DNA of 32,000 bases, from NCBI GenBank assembly GCA_018817085.1, contig JAHIUT010000032.1:1-32000 (forward strand). Reading direction: 5' to 3'. This document shows positions 24,259 to 32,000 of the stretch, piece after piece. Position 1 is the stretch's first letter. The number at the start of each line of letters is the position of its first letter. A program made the translations under genes and the position numbers. The DNA comes from Patescibacteria group bacterium (GTDB taxonomy: Bacteria; Patescibacteriota; WWE3; CG2-30-40-12). A model generated the notes under the pieces. The model worked only from the letters and a program-made list of their open reading frames with translations, had not been told where the DNA came from and did not search any database.

Positions 24259-25650
24259 TTATCCTACTCCGCCTTCCATCTCAAGCGAAATTAAACTGTT
24301 TAATTCCATTGCGTATTCCATAGGAAATTCTTTGGCAATAGGCTCAATAAACCCATTGACCAGCATACTTACCGCTTCTTGTTTTGGAATTCCCCTACTT
24401 GTTAAATAAAACAACTGTTCCTCATTTATCCGCCCTACAAGAGCCTCGTGGCTAATTTGTGGGTTTTCTCCTTTAATATCCATAAGAGGGTAAGTATCCG
24501 ACCTTGAGTTTTTATCCAAAATCAAAGCGTCGCATACAACATTGCTTTTGCAATTTTCAGAAGTTTTTGCAATTTTAACTAGCCCCCTAAAACTAGACCG
24601 TCCGCCATTTTTGCTTATAGATTTAGAAATTATTTGGCTAGATGTATTGTTTGCCAAATGAACTACTTTTCCCCCCGCGTCCTGATGCTGATTTTTTCCT
24701 GCAAACACCATACTTAAAATAATCCCTTTAGCGCCTTCTTCTAAAAGATAAACCGCTGGATACTTCATAGTAATTTTAGAACCCAGATTACCATCCACCC
24801 ATTCCATAACACCGTCTTGATAAACGAACGCTCTCTTGGTAACGAGATTATAAACATTTTTGCTCCAGTTTTGGACAGTGGTGTAACGAACGCGGGCGTT
24901 TTTCTTAACAAAAATCTCCACCACCGCGGAATGCAAAGAGTCCGTGGAATATATAGACGCAGTGCAACCTTCTAAATACGAGACAAAACTGCCCTCATCC
25001 GCAATAATTAAAGTTCTCTCAAACTGTCCCATATTCTTGGCGTTTATTCTAAAGTAGGCTTGCAAAGGTAACGCCACTTTTACATTTTTAGGGATATAAA
25101 TAAACGATCCCCCGCTCCAAACGCAAGAGTTCAAAGCCGCAAACTTATTGTCTGTGGAAGGTATCGCCTTGCCAAGATACTCTTTAACAAGTTCGGGGTA
25201 TTTTTTTAACCCCTCATCCATACTCAAAAAAATTACCCCGCACTTTTCCAAATCCGAAAGCAAGGAACCATAAACTATCTCTGACTCGTATTGAGCTTTA
25301 ACTCCCGCCAAATATTTCTGTTCCGCTTCTGGTATGCCAATACGGTCGTAAGTTTTTTTTATATCTTTTGGTAAATCTTCCCATTTTTTAACTTGGGTCC
25401 GCGCGGGTTTTAGATAATAATAAATATTATCAAAATTAATACCGGATAAATCTCCCCCCCAGTTAGGCAGAGGGAGCGACTTAAAAACATCCAAAGCATT
25501 AAGCCGAAACTTGCGCATCCACAAAGGTTCGTCTTTAATTGCAGATATTTCTCTTACAATATCTTCATTAAGCCCTTTTTTGGACTTAAAAACATATTCT
25601 TCGGGGTAGGAAAAACCGTATTTATAGTTATCTAAATTTAAGTTAACCAT
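24259..25650 (-). CDS. sufB: Fe-S cluster assembly protein SufB
   Basis: The 463-aa protein has [52 protein letters not shown] and [23 protein letters not shown]. Confidence 0.95.
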   Translation of the reverse strand: MVNLNLDNYKYGFSYPEEYVFKSKKGLNEDIVREISAIKDEPLWMRKFRLNALDVFKSLPLPNWGGDLSGINFDNIYYYLKPARTQVKKWEDLPKDIKKTYDRIGIPEAEQKYLAGVKAQYESEIVYGSLLSDLEKCGVIFLSMDEGLKKYPELVKEYLGKAIPSTDNKFAALNSCVWSGGSFIYIPKNVKVALPLQAYFRINAKNMGQFERTLIIADEGSFVSYLEGCTASIYSTDSLHSAVVEIFVKKNARVRYTTVQNWSKNVYNLVTKRAFVYQDGVMEWVDGNLGSKITMKYPAVYLLEEGAKGIILSMVFAGKNQHQDAGGKVVHLANNTSSQIISKSISKNGGRSSFRGLVKIAKTSENCKSNVVCDALILDKNSRSDTYPLMDIKGENPQISHEALVGRINEEQLFYLTSRGIPKQEAVSMLVNGFIEPIAKEFPMEYAMELNSLISLEMEGGVG

Positions 25651-25676
25651 CGCAATTCTTAATTTGACTTTTGAAT

Positions 25677-26396
25677 TTACTCCCCGTACCCCCCCTTCTC
25701 CTCCACTTCCTCCGAAAGTTCAATACCCCCAGATTTAACAACCCTCCCATTCAACATTATGTGAACAAAATCAACATCCAGATATTTCAATATGCGAGTG
25801 TAGTGGGTAATTATTAAAAAACTCAATTTGGGATTCTTAATTTTTATTTTGGTAAAAGATTCCGCCACAGTTTTAAGCGCGGAAACATCCAACCCGCTAT
25901 CCGTTTCGTCCAAAATTGCAAGTTTTGGAGAAAACATAGCAAGTTGCAAAATCTCGCTTTTCTTTTTCTCCCCCCCGCTAAAACCTTCGTTCAGATATCT
26001 TTGCATAAATCCTTTATCAATGTTTAAAAATTTTAAACTGCCCTCTAAATTTTTATTGAAAAATCCTAACGGTTTTCCAAGTTCCTTGTAAGCAGTTCTT
26101 AAAAAAGAAGCCATAGAGACCCCGCTAATTTCAACGGGATACTGAAAAGCTAAAAACAAGCCAAGTTTAGCCCTTTTATCGGGACTTAAATTAAGAAGAG
26201 ATTTACCCTCAAAAGACATCTCCCCACCTACAACTTTATATAACGGGTTTCCCATTAAAGTGTTGGCAAGAGTGGATTTACCCGAACCGTTGGGTCCCAT
26301 TAAAATATGAGTCTCACCGGATTTTATACGCAAAGTAACACCTTTTAGGATTCTTTTCCCTTCCCTATTAACTTCTAGGTTTCGTATTTTTAACAT
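25677..26396 (-). CDS. sufC: Fe-S cluster assembly ATPase SufC
   Basis: It has [19 protein letters not shown] (Walker A), FSGGEKKK (signature) and [11 protein letters not shown] (Walker B). Confidence 0.95.
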   Translation of the reverse strand: MLKIRNLEVNREGKRILKGVTLRIKSGETHILMGPNGSGKSTLANTLMGNPLYKVVGGEMSFEGKSLLNLSPDKRAKLGLFLAFQYPVEISGVSMASFLRTAYKELGKPLGFFNKNLEGSLKFLNIDKGFMQRYLNEGFSGGEKKKSEILQLAMFSPKLAILDETDSGLDVSALKTVAESFTKIKIKNPKLSFLIITHYTRILKYLDVDFVHIMLNGRVVKSGGIELSEEVEEKGGYGE

Positions 26397-26673
26397 GCTT
26401 TAAGAAAGGAGTTATTACACACCTCTTTCCCTCATATAAACACCTTCCTAAAACAGAATAAAATACCTTCCTGCCTTCTTTTTTGGACACAATAAGACCC
26501 ACATTTTCCATCTCTTTTAGGTGGTAGGATATTGTGGGTTGTGTTAAATTAAATTCCTTTACAATATCCGAAACAGAAAGCGTTTTTTGCTTTGACAACA
26601 AAGCGTATATTTTAGCGCGAACGGGAACCGCAAGCGCTTTAAAACAATAAGGACATTCGTCTTTTATATTCAT
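26368..26673 (-). CDS. ArsR/SmtB-family winged-helix transcriptional regulator with two Cys pairs (candidate suf regulator)
   Basis: The HTH is VSDIVKEFNLTQPTISYHLKEMENVGLI. The four cysteines are C7, C10 (CPYC), C78 and C85 (CLYEGKRC). Its 3' end overlaps the sufC start by 29 nt. Confidence 0.8.
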   Translation of the reverse strand: MNIKDECPYCFKALAVPVRAKIYALLSKQKTLSVSDIVKEFNLTQPTISYHLKEMENVGLIVSKKEGRKVFYSVLGRCLYEGKRCVITPFLKHVKNTKPRS

Positions 26674-26700
26674 AACATATAGACAATAGTCTATATGTTA
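26673..26700. promoter_or_regulatory. 12-4-12 perfect palindrome (candidate operator) overlapping the regulator start codon
   Basis: TAACATATAGAC aata GTCTATATGTTA. The left arm begins with the last base of the start codon (CAT at 26671-26673). The whole vapC-to-regulator intergenic region is only 34 nt. Confidence 0.55.
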
Positions 26701-26707
26701 AAAGGAG

Positions 26708-27118
26708 TCAAGGGGTATTAGAAAATTTGCGACCGGAGATTTTACACAATCTTTTATCAAAAGTGGCGAAGATGTTGGCTTTTTTGCTCCGCGCAAAGCA
26801 CAGATTATAGGAATCTTCCAAATCAAGTGATGTTGTACAGTATGTTTTAACCGCGCTTAATAAAATATCCCTGTTCTCTATATCTATAAAGTTCATTCTT
26901 AAAATATCTATAAGAACAGAGGATATTTGTTTTTTGTCCTTTTTATAAAAGCTGGATAGCACCCAATATATCTCAAAAACCACAATCGCCGTTGTAAAAA
27001 GTTGTATGTTGGATAAAGCCCCTTCCCTAAAAAGCTTATTCGCCTTTCTATTTTGATCTAAAGGCTCCCCAATAATAAGCCTAATAAAATAATTTGTGTC
27101 AATAAACACCCTATCCAT
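26708..27118 (-). CDS. vapC: PIN-domain toxin VapC
   Basis: The N-terminus VFIDTNYFIRL carries the first acidic residue, followed by VVFEIYW and a C-terminal FATFDKRL. It overlaps the upstream antitoxin gene by 8 nt. Confidence 0.85.
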   Translation of the reverse strand: MDRVFIDTNYFIRLIIGEPLDQNRKANKLFREGALSNIQLFTTAIVVFEIYWVLSSFYKKDKKQISSVLIDILRMNFIDIENRDILLSAVKTYCTTSLDLEDSYNLCFARSKKANIFATFDKRLCKISGRKFSNTP

Positions 27119-27356
27119 TAAAGTACTCTTTCTTTGATTCTCTTATTATATCGTCGGCACTCATATTCTTATATTTTTCGGGTACTTTCACTACCCCTGA
27201 AAGCCTGCCCACGAGATTTTCCGCCGGGGTTAATATTATGGAACCATGCGATTTTTCCGCAATAAGAAACCCGCCCTCATCTAAATTCAAGGCTTTGAAT
27301 ATCTTTGAAGGAATGGTAACCTGTCTTTTGCTGGTTATTCGCACAGTTTTAAGCAT
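27111..27356 (-). CDS. vapB: AbrB/MazE/SpoVT-family antitoxin VapB
   Basis: It has the MLKTVRITSKRQVTIPSKIFKALNL swapped-hairpin motif. I chose the ATG at 27356 because the track ORF starts at an upstream TTG that lies inside the promoter. Confidence 0.8.
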   Translation of the reverse strand: MLKTVRITSKRQVTIPSKIFKALNLDEGGFLIAEKSHGSIILTPAENLVGRLSGVVKVPEKYKNMSADDIIRESKKEYFNG

Positions 27357-27362
27357 ATCCTT

Positions 27363-27391
27363 ACTATAATACAAAGGTAAGGAAAAGTCAA
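27363..27391 (-). promoter_or_regulatory. vapBC promoter: TTGACT-17-TATAGT, 6 nt from the ATG
   Basis: On the minus strand, TTGACT (27386-27391) is followed by a 17-nt spacer, TATAGT (27363-27368), then 6 nt to the ATG at 27356. Confidence 0.5.
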
Positions 27392-27431
27392 ATTCTTCTA
27401 CAGTAACTTAATTAAGGGAAACTTCTTAACA

Positions 27432-27461
27432 AAGGTCTCTCCTTTGCAAAGGAGAGACCTT
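27432..27461. repeat. perfect 13-4-13 hairpin AAGGTCTCTCCTT tgca AAGGAGAGACCTT, related to the 6742/9874 elements; probable terminator of the antiporter gene
   Basis: It is perfectly self-complementary. It starts 3 nt downstream of the stop at 27465 (minus strand). It shares the CTCCTTT..CAAAGGA core with 6742..6772. Confidence 0.7.
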
Positions 27462-27464
27462 AGT

Positions 27465-28427
27465 CTATAGGACTTTACTAAAGACTCCGTTCCGGTACAA
27501 TTCAACAAAAATAAAAATGAGATATAGAGACAGCAAAGCAAAGCCCTCTTTGCGGGTTAACTGCCGTTTCGTTCTCATAAAAACCGCTAAAAGAATAACC
27601 GCGAAAATCACAAAAAACGAAATTATTCTTGTTTCCTCAAGGTTAGTAACTTTAAATGGCGACACTAAACATAAAAGAGCCAAAACAAAAGTGTTCATAG
27701 AGGCGCTACCCAAAAAATCTCCTATACCCACTATTTTATGTTTTGAAGTTATTGTTTTTATTGCCAGGGAAAATTCGGGCAGATTGGTTCCAATAGAAAG
27801 GAACAAAACTCCCGCCAAGATAACCGGAACAAGCAGTTCCTCCGCCAAAATTAAAGATAATTCCACCACCCCTTTTGAAAACACAAAAATTCCAAACATT
27901 CCTACAAGAACAAATAACAGAAGTTTAAGCGCGCCTTTTTTGCTATGACCAGAGCTTTTTATCTTTTCAATAAAAGACTCGTCCTCGTTAAGCATATACA
28001 TATAAACCACATAAAAAATCAAAAGGACAGCCCCGTCAACCCTCGTAAGATTGCCGTCTAAAGAAAAAAAGGCGGGCAAAGCCGTAACAAAGGAGGATAA
28101 CACAATGTCTTTAGTGCTTAAAACTTTTCGTATCGCAACATTCCCAGTAAATATGGCGGGCAAAGATATCACCAAAGTTAAAAGAACAAAAATCGCCCCA
28201 AGCAAATTCCCCAAAGAAAGTTGCGGAGTTTTATCTATTACAGAGTTAACAGCAACAAAAATTTCCGGTAAGGATGTGGCAAACCCCAATACAAAAAAAC
28301 CAATGGCGAATTCCGGAACGGAGAAACATTTGGCCAACTTTATCACATTAAGAACTACAAAACCCGTACTTTTAGCAAGCGCTACCGAAAGAAGCAAAAT
28401 TAAAAAAAGGGCAAGAACTACATCCAT
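27465..28427 (-). CDS. CaCA-family sodium/calcium (cation/Ca2+) antiporter
   Basis: It has about 10 TM segments with two alpha-repeat motifs, GFATSLPEIFV and SIGTNLPEFSLA. Confidence 0.85.
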   Translation of the reverse strand: MDVVLALFLILLLSVALAKSTGFVVLNVIKLAKCFSVPEFAIGFFVLGFATSLPEIFVAVNSVIDKTPQLSLGNLLGAIFVLLTLVISLPAIFTGNVAIRKVLSTKDIVLSSFVTALPAFFSLDGNLTRVDGAVLLIFYVVYMYMLNEDESFIEKIKSSGHSKKGALKLLLFVLVGMFGIFVFSKGVVELSLILAEELLVPVILAGVLFLSIGTNLPEFSLAIKTITSKHKIVGIGDFLGSASMNTFVLALLCLVSPFKVTNLEETRIISFFVIFAVILLAVFMRTKRQLTRKEGFALLSLYLIFIFVELYRNGVFSKVL

Positions 28428-28490
28428 AGTATGGGTTTAGTATAGCACACTCCATAATGCAATCTCATTGGGGTACGGACCCCTAAAACT

Positions 28491-28518
28491 TTGAACAATT
28501 CTTGCAAAAAGCTATAAT
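28491..28518 (+). promoter_or_regulatory. promoter TTGAAC-16-TATAAT for the adenosyltransferase gene
   Basis: TTGAAC (28491-28496) is followed by a 16-nt spacer and TATAAT (28513-28518). The ATG at 28525 lies 6 nt downstream. The ATG at 28519 abuts the -10 box and is unlikely to be transcribed. Confidence 0.55.
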
Positions 28519-28524
28519 ATGCAC

Positions 28525-29049
28525 ATGCTTGCGATACTAACCGGAGATGGAAAAGGAAAAACCACTTCCGCCCTCGGAACAGCTTTAAGGGCCGCGGGAT
28601 GGAACAAAAAAGTTTTGTTCGTCCAATTTATAAAGATGGACGAATTCCCAACCGGCGAGAAAAAAGCTATAGAAAAATTCCTCCCTGCCAACATCACCAT
28701 TAAAACTTTGGGTCTTGGGTTTGTGGGTATAAAGGGAGACGATAAAAGTCTAAACGCGCATCGGCAAAAAGCCAAAGAAGCGCTTGAAAAAACAAAAGAA
28801 GCCGTTTCGCGTTGCCATTACGATTTGGTTGTTTTGGACGAGATATTAGGCGCAATCGCCGGAAGACTGCTAACTGTAAAAGATGTTTCCAGTCTTTTGG
28901 ACAAAGTGGACAAGAATTCGGATGTGGTTCTAACGGGTCGTTCCGCACCAAAAGCTTTAGTGGACAAAGCAGATTTGGTATCCGAAATCAGAAAAATAAA
29001 ACACCCTTATGATAAAGGAATTTTAGCAAAAAAAGGTTTTGACTTTTAG
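28525..29049 (+). CDS. cobO: cob(I)yrinic acid a,c-diamide / corrinoid adenosyltransferase (CobA/CobO/BtuR family)
   Basis: It has LTGDGKGKTTSALGTALRAAGWNKKVLFVQFIK, VVLDEILGAI, VVLTGRSAP and KHPYDKGILAKKGFDF. Confidence 0.85.
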   Translation: MLAILTGDGKGKTTSALGTALRAAGWNKKVLFVQFIKMDEFPTGEKKAIEKFLPANITIKTLGLGFVGIKGDDKSLNAHRQKAKEALEKTKEAVSRCHYDLVVLDEILGAIAGRLLTVKDVSSLLDKVDKNSDVVLTGRSAPKALVDKADLVSEIRKIKHPYDKGILAKKGFDF

Positions 29050-29074
29050 AGGATATGCTATACTAAAAACAGAA

Positions 29075-29746
29075 ATGAATTTTAAATTTATCGTGCCCAT
29101 CTCAATACTTATTCTCGTTTCAGCTATCTATATACCTAAAGTTTTTTCGCACACGCAGAAACCAATAGAAGAAACCCTCCTCACTGGCAAATACGAGTTA
29201 ACTCAAAAACAAGCGCTATTCCATGGCCAAAAAATTCCCATTCCTTCGCCCAAAGAATCTAAAATAGTCGCTGGCGTTTTGGGAAAGTCCGATAACGAAA
29301 AAAGAATAGAAATTGACCTCACAAATCAAAAACTTTACGCTTATGAGGGGGGTGAAAAAATCTTTGATTTTCTTATATCCAGTGGCAAATGGGGATGGAC
29401 GCCAACCGGAGAATTTACCATTTGGACAAAATTAAGATACACGCTAATGACAGGGGGTTCGCAAGCGCTAGGAACATACTATTATCTTCCCAATGTGCCT
29501 TTTGTAATGTTTTTCTACAACGAGGATGTTCCAAAAATGAAGGGTTTTAGTTTGCACGGAACATACTGGCACGATAATTTCGGCCACCCAATGAGTCACG
29601 GATGTGTAAATATGAAAACTGAAGAAGTGGAACAACTCTTTTACTGGGCCAAACCAGAACTTCCAAAAGGACAATGGAGCGTGTATGCAAATTCTGATAA
29701 TCCCGGAACAAGAATAGTAATCTACGGAGAAACCCCCAACGAATAA
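29075..29746 (+). CDS. L,D-transpeptidase (YkuD domain) with an N-terminal signal/anchor
   Basis: It has IEIDLTNQKLYAYEGGE, ISSGK...TPTGEFTI and the catalytic LHGT...HPMSHGCVNM. I chose the start at 29075 (MNFKFIVPISILI), 10 nt after TGcTATACT (29056-29064). Confidence 0.85.
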   Translation: MNFKFIVPISILILVSAIYIPKVFSHTQKPIEETLLTGKYELTQKQALFHGQKIPIPSPKESKIVAGVLGKSDNEKRIEIDLTNQKLYAYEGGEKIFDFLISSGKWGWTPTGEFTIWTKLRYTLMTGGSQALGTYYYLPNVPFVMFFYNEDVPKMKGFSLHGTYWHDNFGHPMSHGCVNMKTEEVEQLFYWAKPELPKGQWSVYANSDNPGTRIVIYGETPNE

Positions 29747-29755
29747 ACTCCTTTC

Positions 29756-29764
29756 TGATATAAT
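29756..29764 (+). promoter_or_regulatory. extended -10 element TGaTATAAT for valS, 7 nt from the ATG
   Basis: TGATATAAT lies at 29756-29764 and the ATG at 29772. There is no SD sequence. Confidence 0.45.
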
Positions 29765-29771
29765 AATCTCT

Positions 29772-32000
29772 ATGGAGATGGAAAAAACATATAACCACAA
29801 AAACACGGAAGAACGGCTTTATAAAATGTGGGAGGAGGGGGGTTACTTTACACCCAAAATTGACCCCGTCAAAAAACCTTTTTCCATACTCCTCCCACTT
29901 CCAAATGCTAGCGACCCTATGCATATGGGAAATATGCTCTTTACCATTCAAGATGTTTTAGCGCGGTGGCATCGTATGATGGGAGACCCCACTTTGTGGC
30001 TACCCGGCGGAGACCACGCAGGTATCGAAACACAATATGTTTATGAAAAACATTTAGTTAAACAAGGTACAAGCCGTTTAAATTATGATCGCTACACATT
30101 GTACAAAATGATTGCGGATTTTGTAGAGAAAAATAAAGGTGTAAACAAAAATCAAATGCGAAGAATGGGGTTTTCATTAGATTGGACAAGATACAAATAC
30201 AGCTTGGACACAGAGATTGTTAAAAAGGTTCTTGAGACTTTCTCTAAACTTCATAAAGATGGTCTAGTCTACAGAGGAGAACGACTTGTTAATTACTGCG
30301 CCAAATGCGGAACGGCGCTTTCGGACTTAGAAGTTAATCATATAGCGGAAACCGCTACACTTTATTTCCTTGATTATGAGGCAATCCAAATCGCCACCAC
30401 CCGCCCCGAAACTATTTTTGCAGATTCGGCCGTTGCCGTTAATCCAAGGGATAAAAGATACAAAAATCTTGTGGGAAAAGATGCAATTATTCCTTTAATA
30501 AACAAAAAAATACCAATCATATCCGATGAAGCGGTAGAAAAGGACTTTGGCACCGGGGCGTTAAAGATTACCCCCGCGCACGATGCGTTGGATAATGAGA
30601 TCGGCCAAAAACACAAACTTAATTCCATTAAATGTATTGATATTCGCGGAAAGATGATGAATGTCCCCGCAAAATATCTTGGAATGAATGTGCCGACTGC
30701 CCGTGAGGCGGTTTTGGAAGATTTAAAAAAGGAAGGAAAGTTGATAAAAGAAATTCCCTTGGAACATACAATAAATACCTGCTATAAATGTAATAAAATC
30801 ATTGAGTCCACACTTATTCCGCAATGGTATGTAAGAACAAAACCCCTAGCTATACCTGCAATTAAAGCTATTAAGGAAGGCAAAACAAAAATCGTTCCTA
30901 AAAAAAGGTTTGAGAAAATGTATTTTGATTGGCTAGAAAATATCCACGATTGGAACATCTCGCGGCAAATCGTTTGGGGACCAAGGATTCCCGCGTGGTT
31001 TTGTTTAGACTGCAACCCAGATATTGAAATAAATTTTATAGATAAAAGAGGACAGAAAGTTTTTGGAGAATATAAAAAGTTAAGGAAAAAATATGAATTT
31101 TCGGAAATTGAAAAAGGATTGCAATCATTATCCGCGCCGGTGGGCGCGAAATATTCTCTGGACAAAGGCATTTGCCATAAATGTAGCGGGAAAAATGTTT
31201 TGCAGGAAACCGATACTTTTGATACTTGGTTTTTGTCGGGTCAATGGCCCTTAACAACTTTAGGGTTTCCGGAAAGCGAGGATTTTAAATATTTTTACCC
31301 CACTTCTGTTTTAGACACTATGTGGGACATTTTATTTTTCTGGGTTGCCCGAATGATGATGTTATGCCTTTACAATACCGGACAAGTCCCTTTTAAAACC
31401 GTTCATTTGCACGCTAGAGTTGTAGACAAGAACGGCGCTAAAATGAGCAAGAGCAAGGGAAACACTATTGACCCTATGGAAATGGTTGAAAAGTACGGCG
31501 CTGACGCGGTACGAATGGCTTTAATTTTCGGCGTTGCGCAAGCAAGCGATGTTGTTGTAAGCGAGGATAAAATTAGGGCTATGAGAAATTTTGCTAATAA
31601 AGTTTGGAATATTGGGAGATTTTTGGAGTATTCGTTTGAGCAGTATGGTAAACCAGTACCCTTCTACTCTGAAAAAGTTACTGCCAAACTTCTGCCTTCC
31701 GATCGTAAGCAACTTAAGGAACTTAAGTTGCTTACGATTGGCGTCACCAAAGCCTTGAACACTTATCAATTCTCTAAAGCAGTAGAAAGCCTATACGAAT
31801 TTGTTTGGCACACACTTGCGGATGTTTATGTAGAGGAAGTAAAAACAAGAGAAGATAAGGAGACAGCTTTAATGGTTTTGCGCCATGTTTATTTAACTTC
31901 TCTAAAACTCTTGCATCCGTTTATGCCTTTTGTAACCGAAGAAATTTGGAGCAAAATTCCAAGAGAATATAACAATCCCTTAATAATCTCCCCCTGGCCC
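29772..32000 (+). CDS. valS: valine--tRNA ligase, N-terminal 743 codons (continues beyond the window)
   Basis: The frame is open from the ATG at 29772 to the window end, so it is not in the ORF track. It has PLPNASDPMHMGN (HIGH region), GDHAGIETQ, the CP1 editing-domain blocks TTRPETIFADSAVAVNP and GALKITPAHD, WNISRQIVWG, and KMSKSKGN at 31440-31463. Confidence 0.95.
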   Translation, partial: MEMEKTYNHKNTEERLYKMWEEGGYFTPKIDPVKKPFSILLPLPNASDPMHMGNMLFTIQDVLARWHRMMGDPTLWLPGGDHAGIETQYVYEKHLVKQGTSRLNYDRYTLYKMIADFVEKNKGVNKNQMRRMGFSLDWTRYKYSLDTEIVKKVLETFSKLHKDGLVYRGERLVNYCAKCGTALSDLEVNHIAETATLYFLDYEAIQIATTRPETIFADSAVAVNPRDKRYKNLVGKDAIIPLINKKIPIISDEAVEKDFGTGALKITPAHDALDNEIGQKHKLNSIKCIDIRGKMMNVPAKYLGMNVPTAREAVLEDLKKEGKLIKEIPLEHTINTCYKCNKIIESTLIPQWYVRTKPLAIPAIKAIKEGKTKIVPKKRFEKMYFDWLENIHDWNISRQIVWGPRIPAWFCLDCNPDIEINFIDKRGQKVFGEYKKLRKKYEFSEIEKGLQSLSAPVGAKYSLDKGICHKCSGKNVLQETDTFDTWFLSGQWPLTTLGFPESEDFKYFYPTSVLDTMWDILFFWVARMMMLCLYNTGQVPFKTVHLHARVVDKNGAKMSKSKGNTIDPMEMVEKYGADAVRMALIFGVAQASDVVVSEDKIRAMRNFANKVWNIGRFLEYSFEQYGKPVPFYSEKVTAKLLPSDRKQLKELKLLTIGVTKALNTYQFSKAVESLYEFVWHTLADVYVEEVKTREDKETALMVLRHVYLTSLKLLHPFMPFVTEEIWSKIPREYNNPLIISPWP

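Noticed and set aside
28519-28524. The first ATG (28519, MHMLAIL...) as the cobO start.
   Set aside because: It abuts the TATAAT -10 box (28513-28518) and would lie upstream of the expected transcription start. The second ATG at 28525 sits at the expected +1 position.

Overview
This is a gene-dense, AT-rich bacterial chromosomal segment, and most of the long ORFs have recognisable homologs. The housekeeping backbone is fusA, hisS, an rny-ymdB-hup operon, recA-recX, nusA-infB, a complete SUF Fe-S cluster operon (ArsR-type regulator, sufC, sufB, mini-sufD, sufS, sufU and an FNR-like reductase), tgt, a small ferredoxin, valS (partial) and an ADP-forming acyl-CoA synthetase (partial). The short IF-2, the ADP-forming acyl-CoA synthetase, the minimal SUF system and the many small envelope proteins are consistent with a streamlined Patescibacteria/CPR-like genome. 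That placement is inference only.

Accessory content:
- Two divergent copies of a tightly coupled gene pair, a small DUF5678-like protein followed by a retropepsin-like aspartyl protease. They flank a variant histidine phosphatase, and each pair is preceded by an identical 26-nt box. This is my best candidate for an uncharacterised system.
- An orphan BrnA/CopG-like antitoxin.
- A 3'-truncated Bro-N gene.
- A Type II restriction-modification pair (SPPY beta-class methyltransferase plus HNH nuclease).
- A VapBC pair.

Non-coding signals:
- A family of GTCATT...AATC hairpin repeats confined to intergenic DNA, one of which carries a nested 4 x 22-nt tandem array.
- A second hairpin family (AAGGAGTCTCCTTT...).
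- GGGGTCWGACCCC palindromes.
- A 12-4-12 palindrome overlapping the start codon of the suf regulator.
- At least 12 genes whose (extended) -10 box lies only 6-11 nt upstream of the ATG with no Shine-Dalgarno sequence, which suggests pervasive leaderless or near-leaderless mRNAs.

I saw no rRNA, tRNA, CRISPR array, transposase or integrase. All calls come from reading the translations and the sequence by eye. Coordinates of short motifs were hand-counted and may be off by 1-2 nt.
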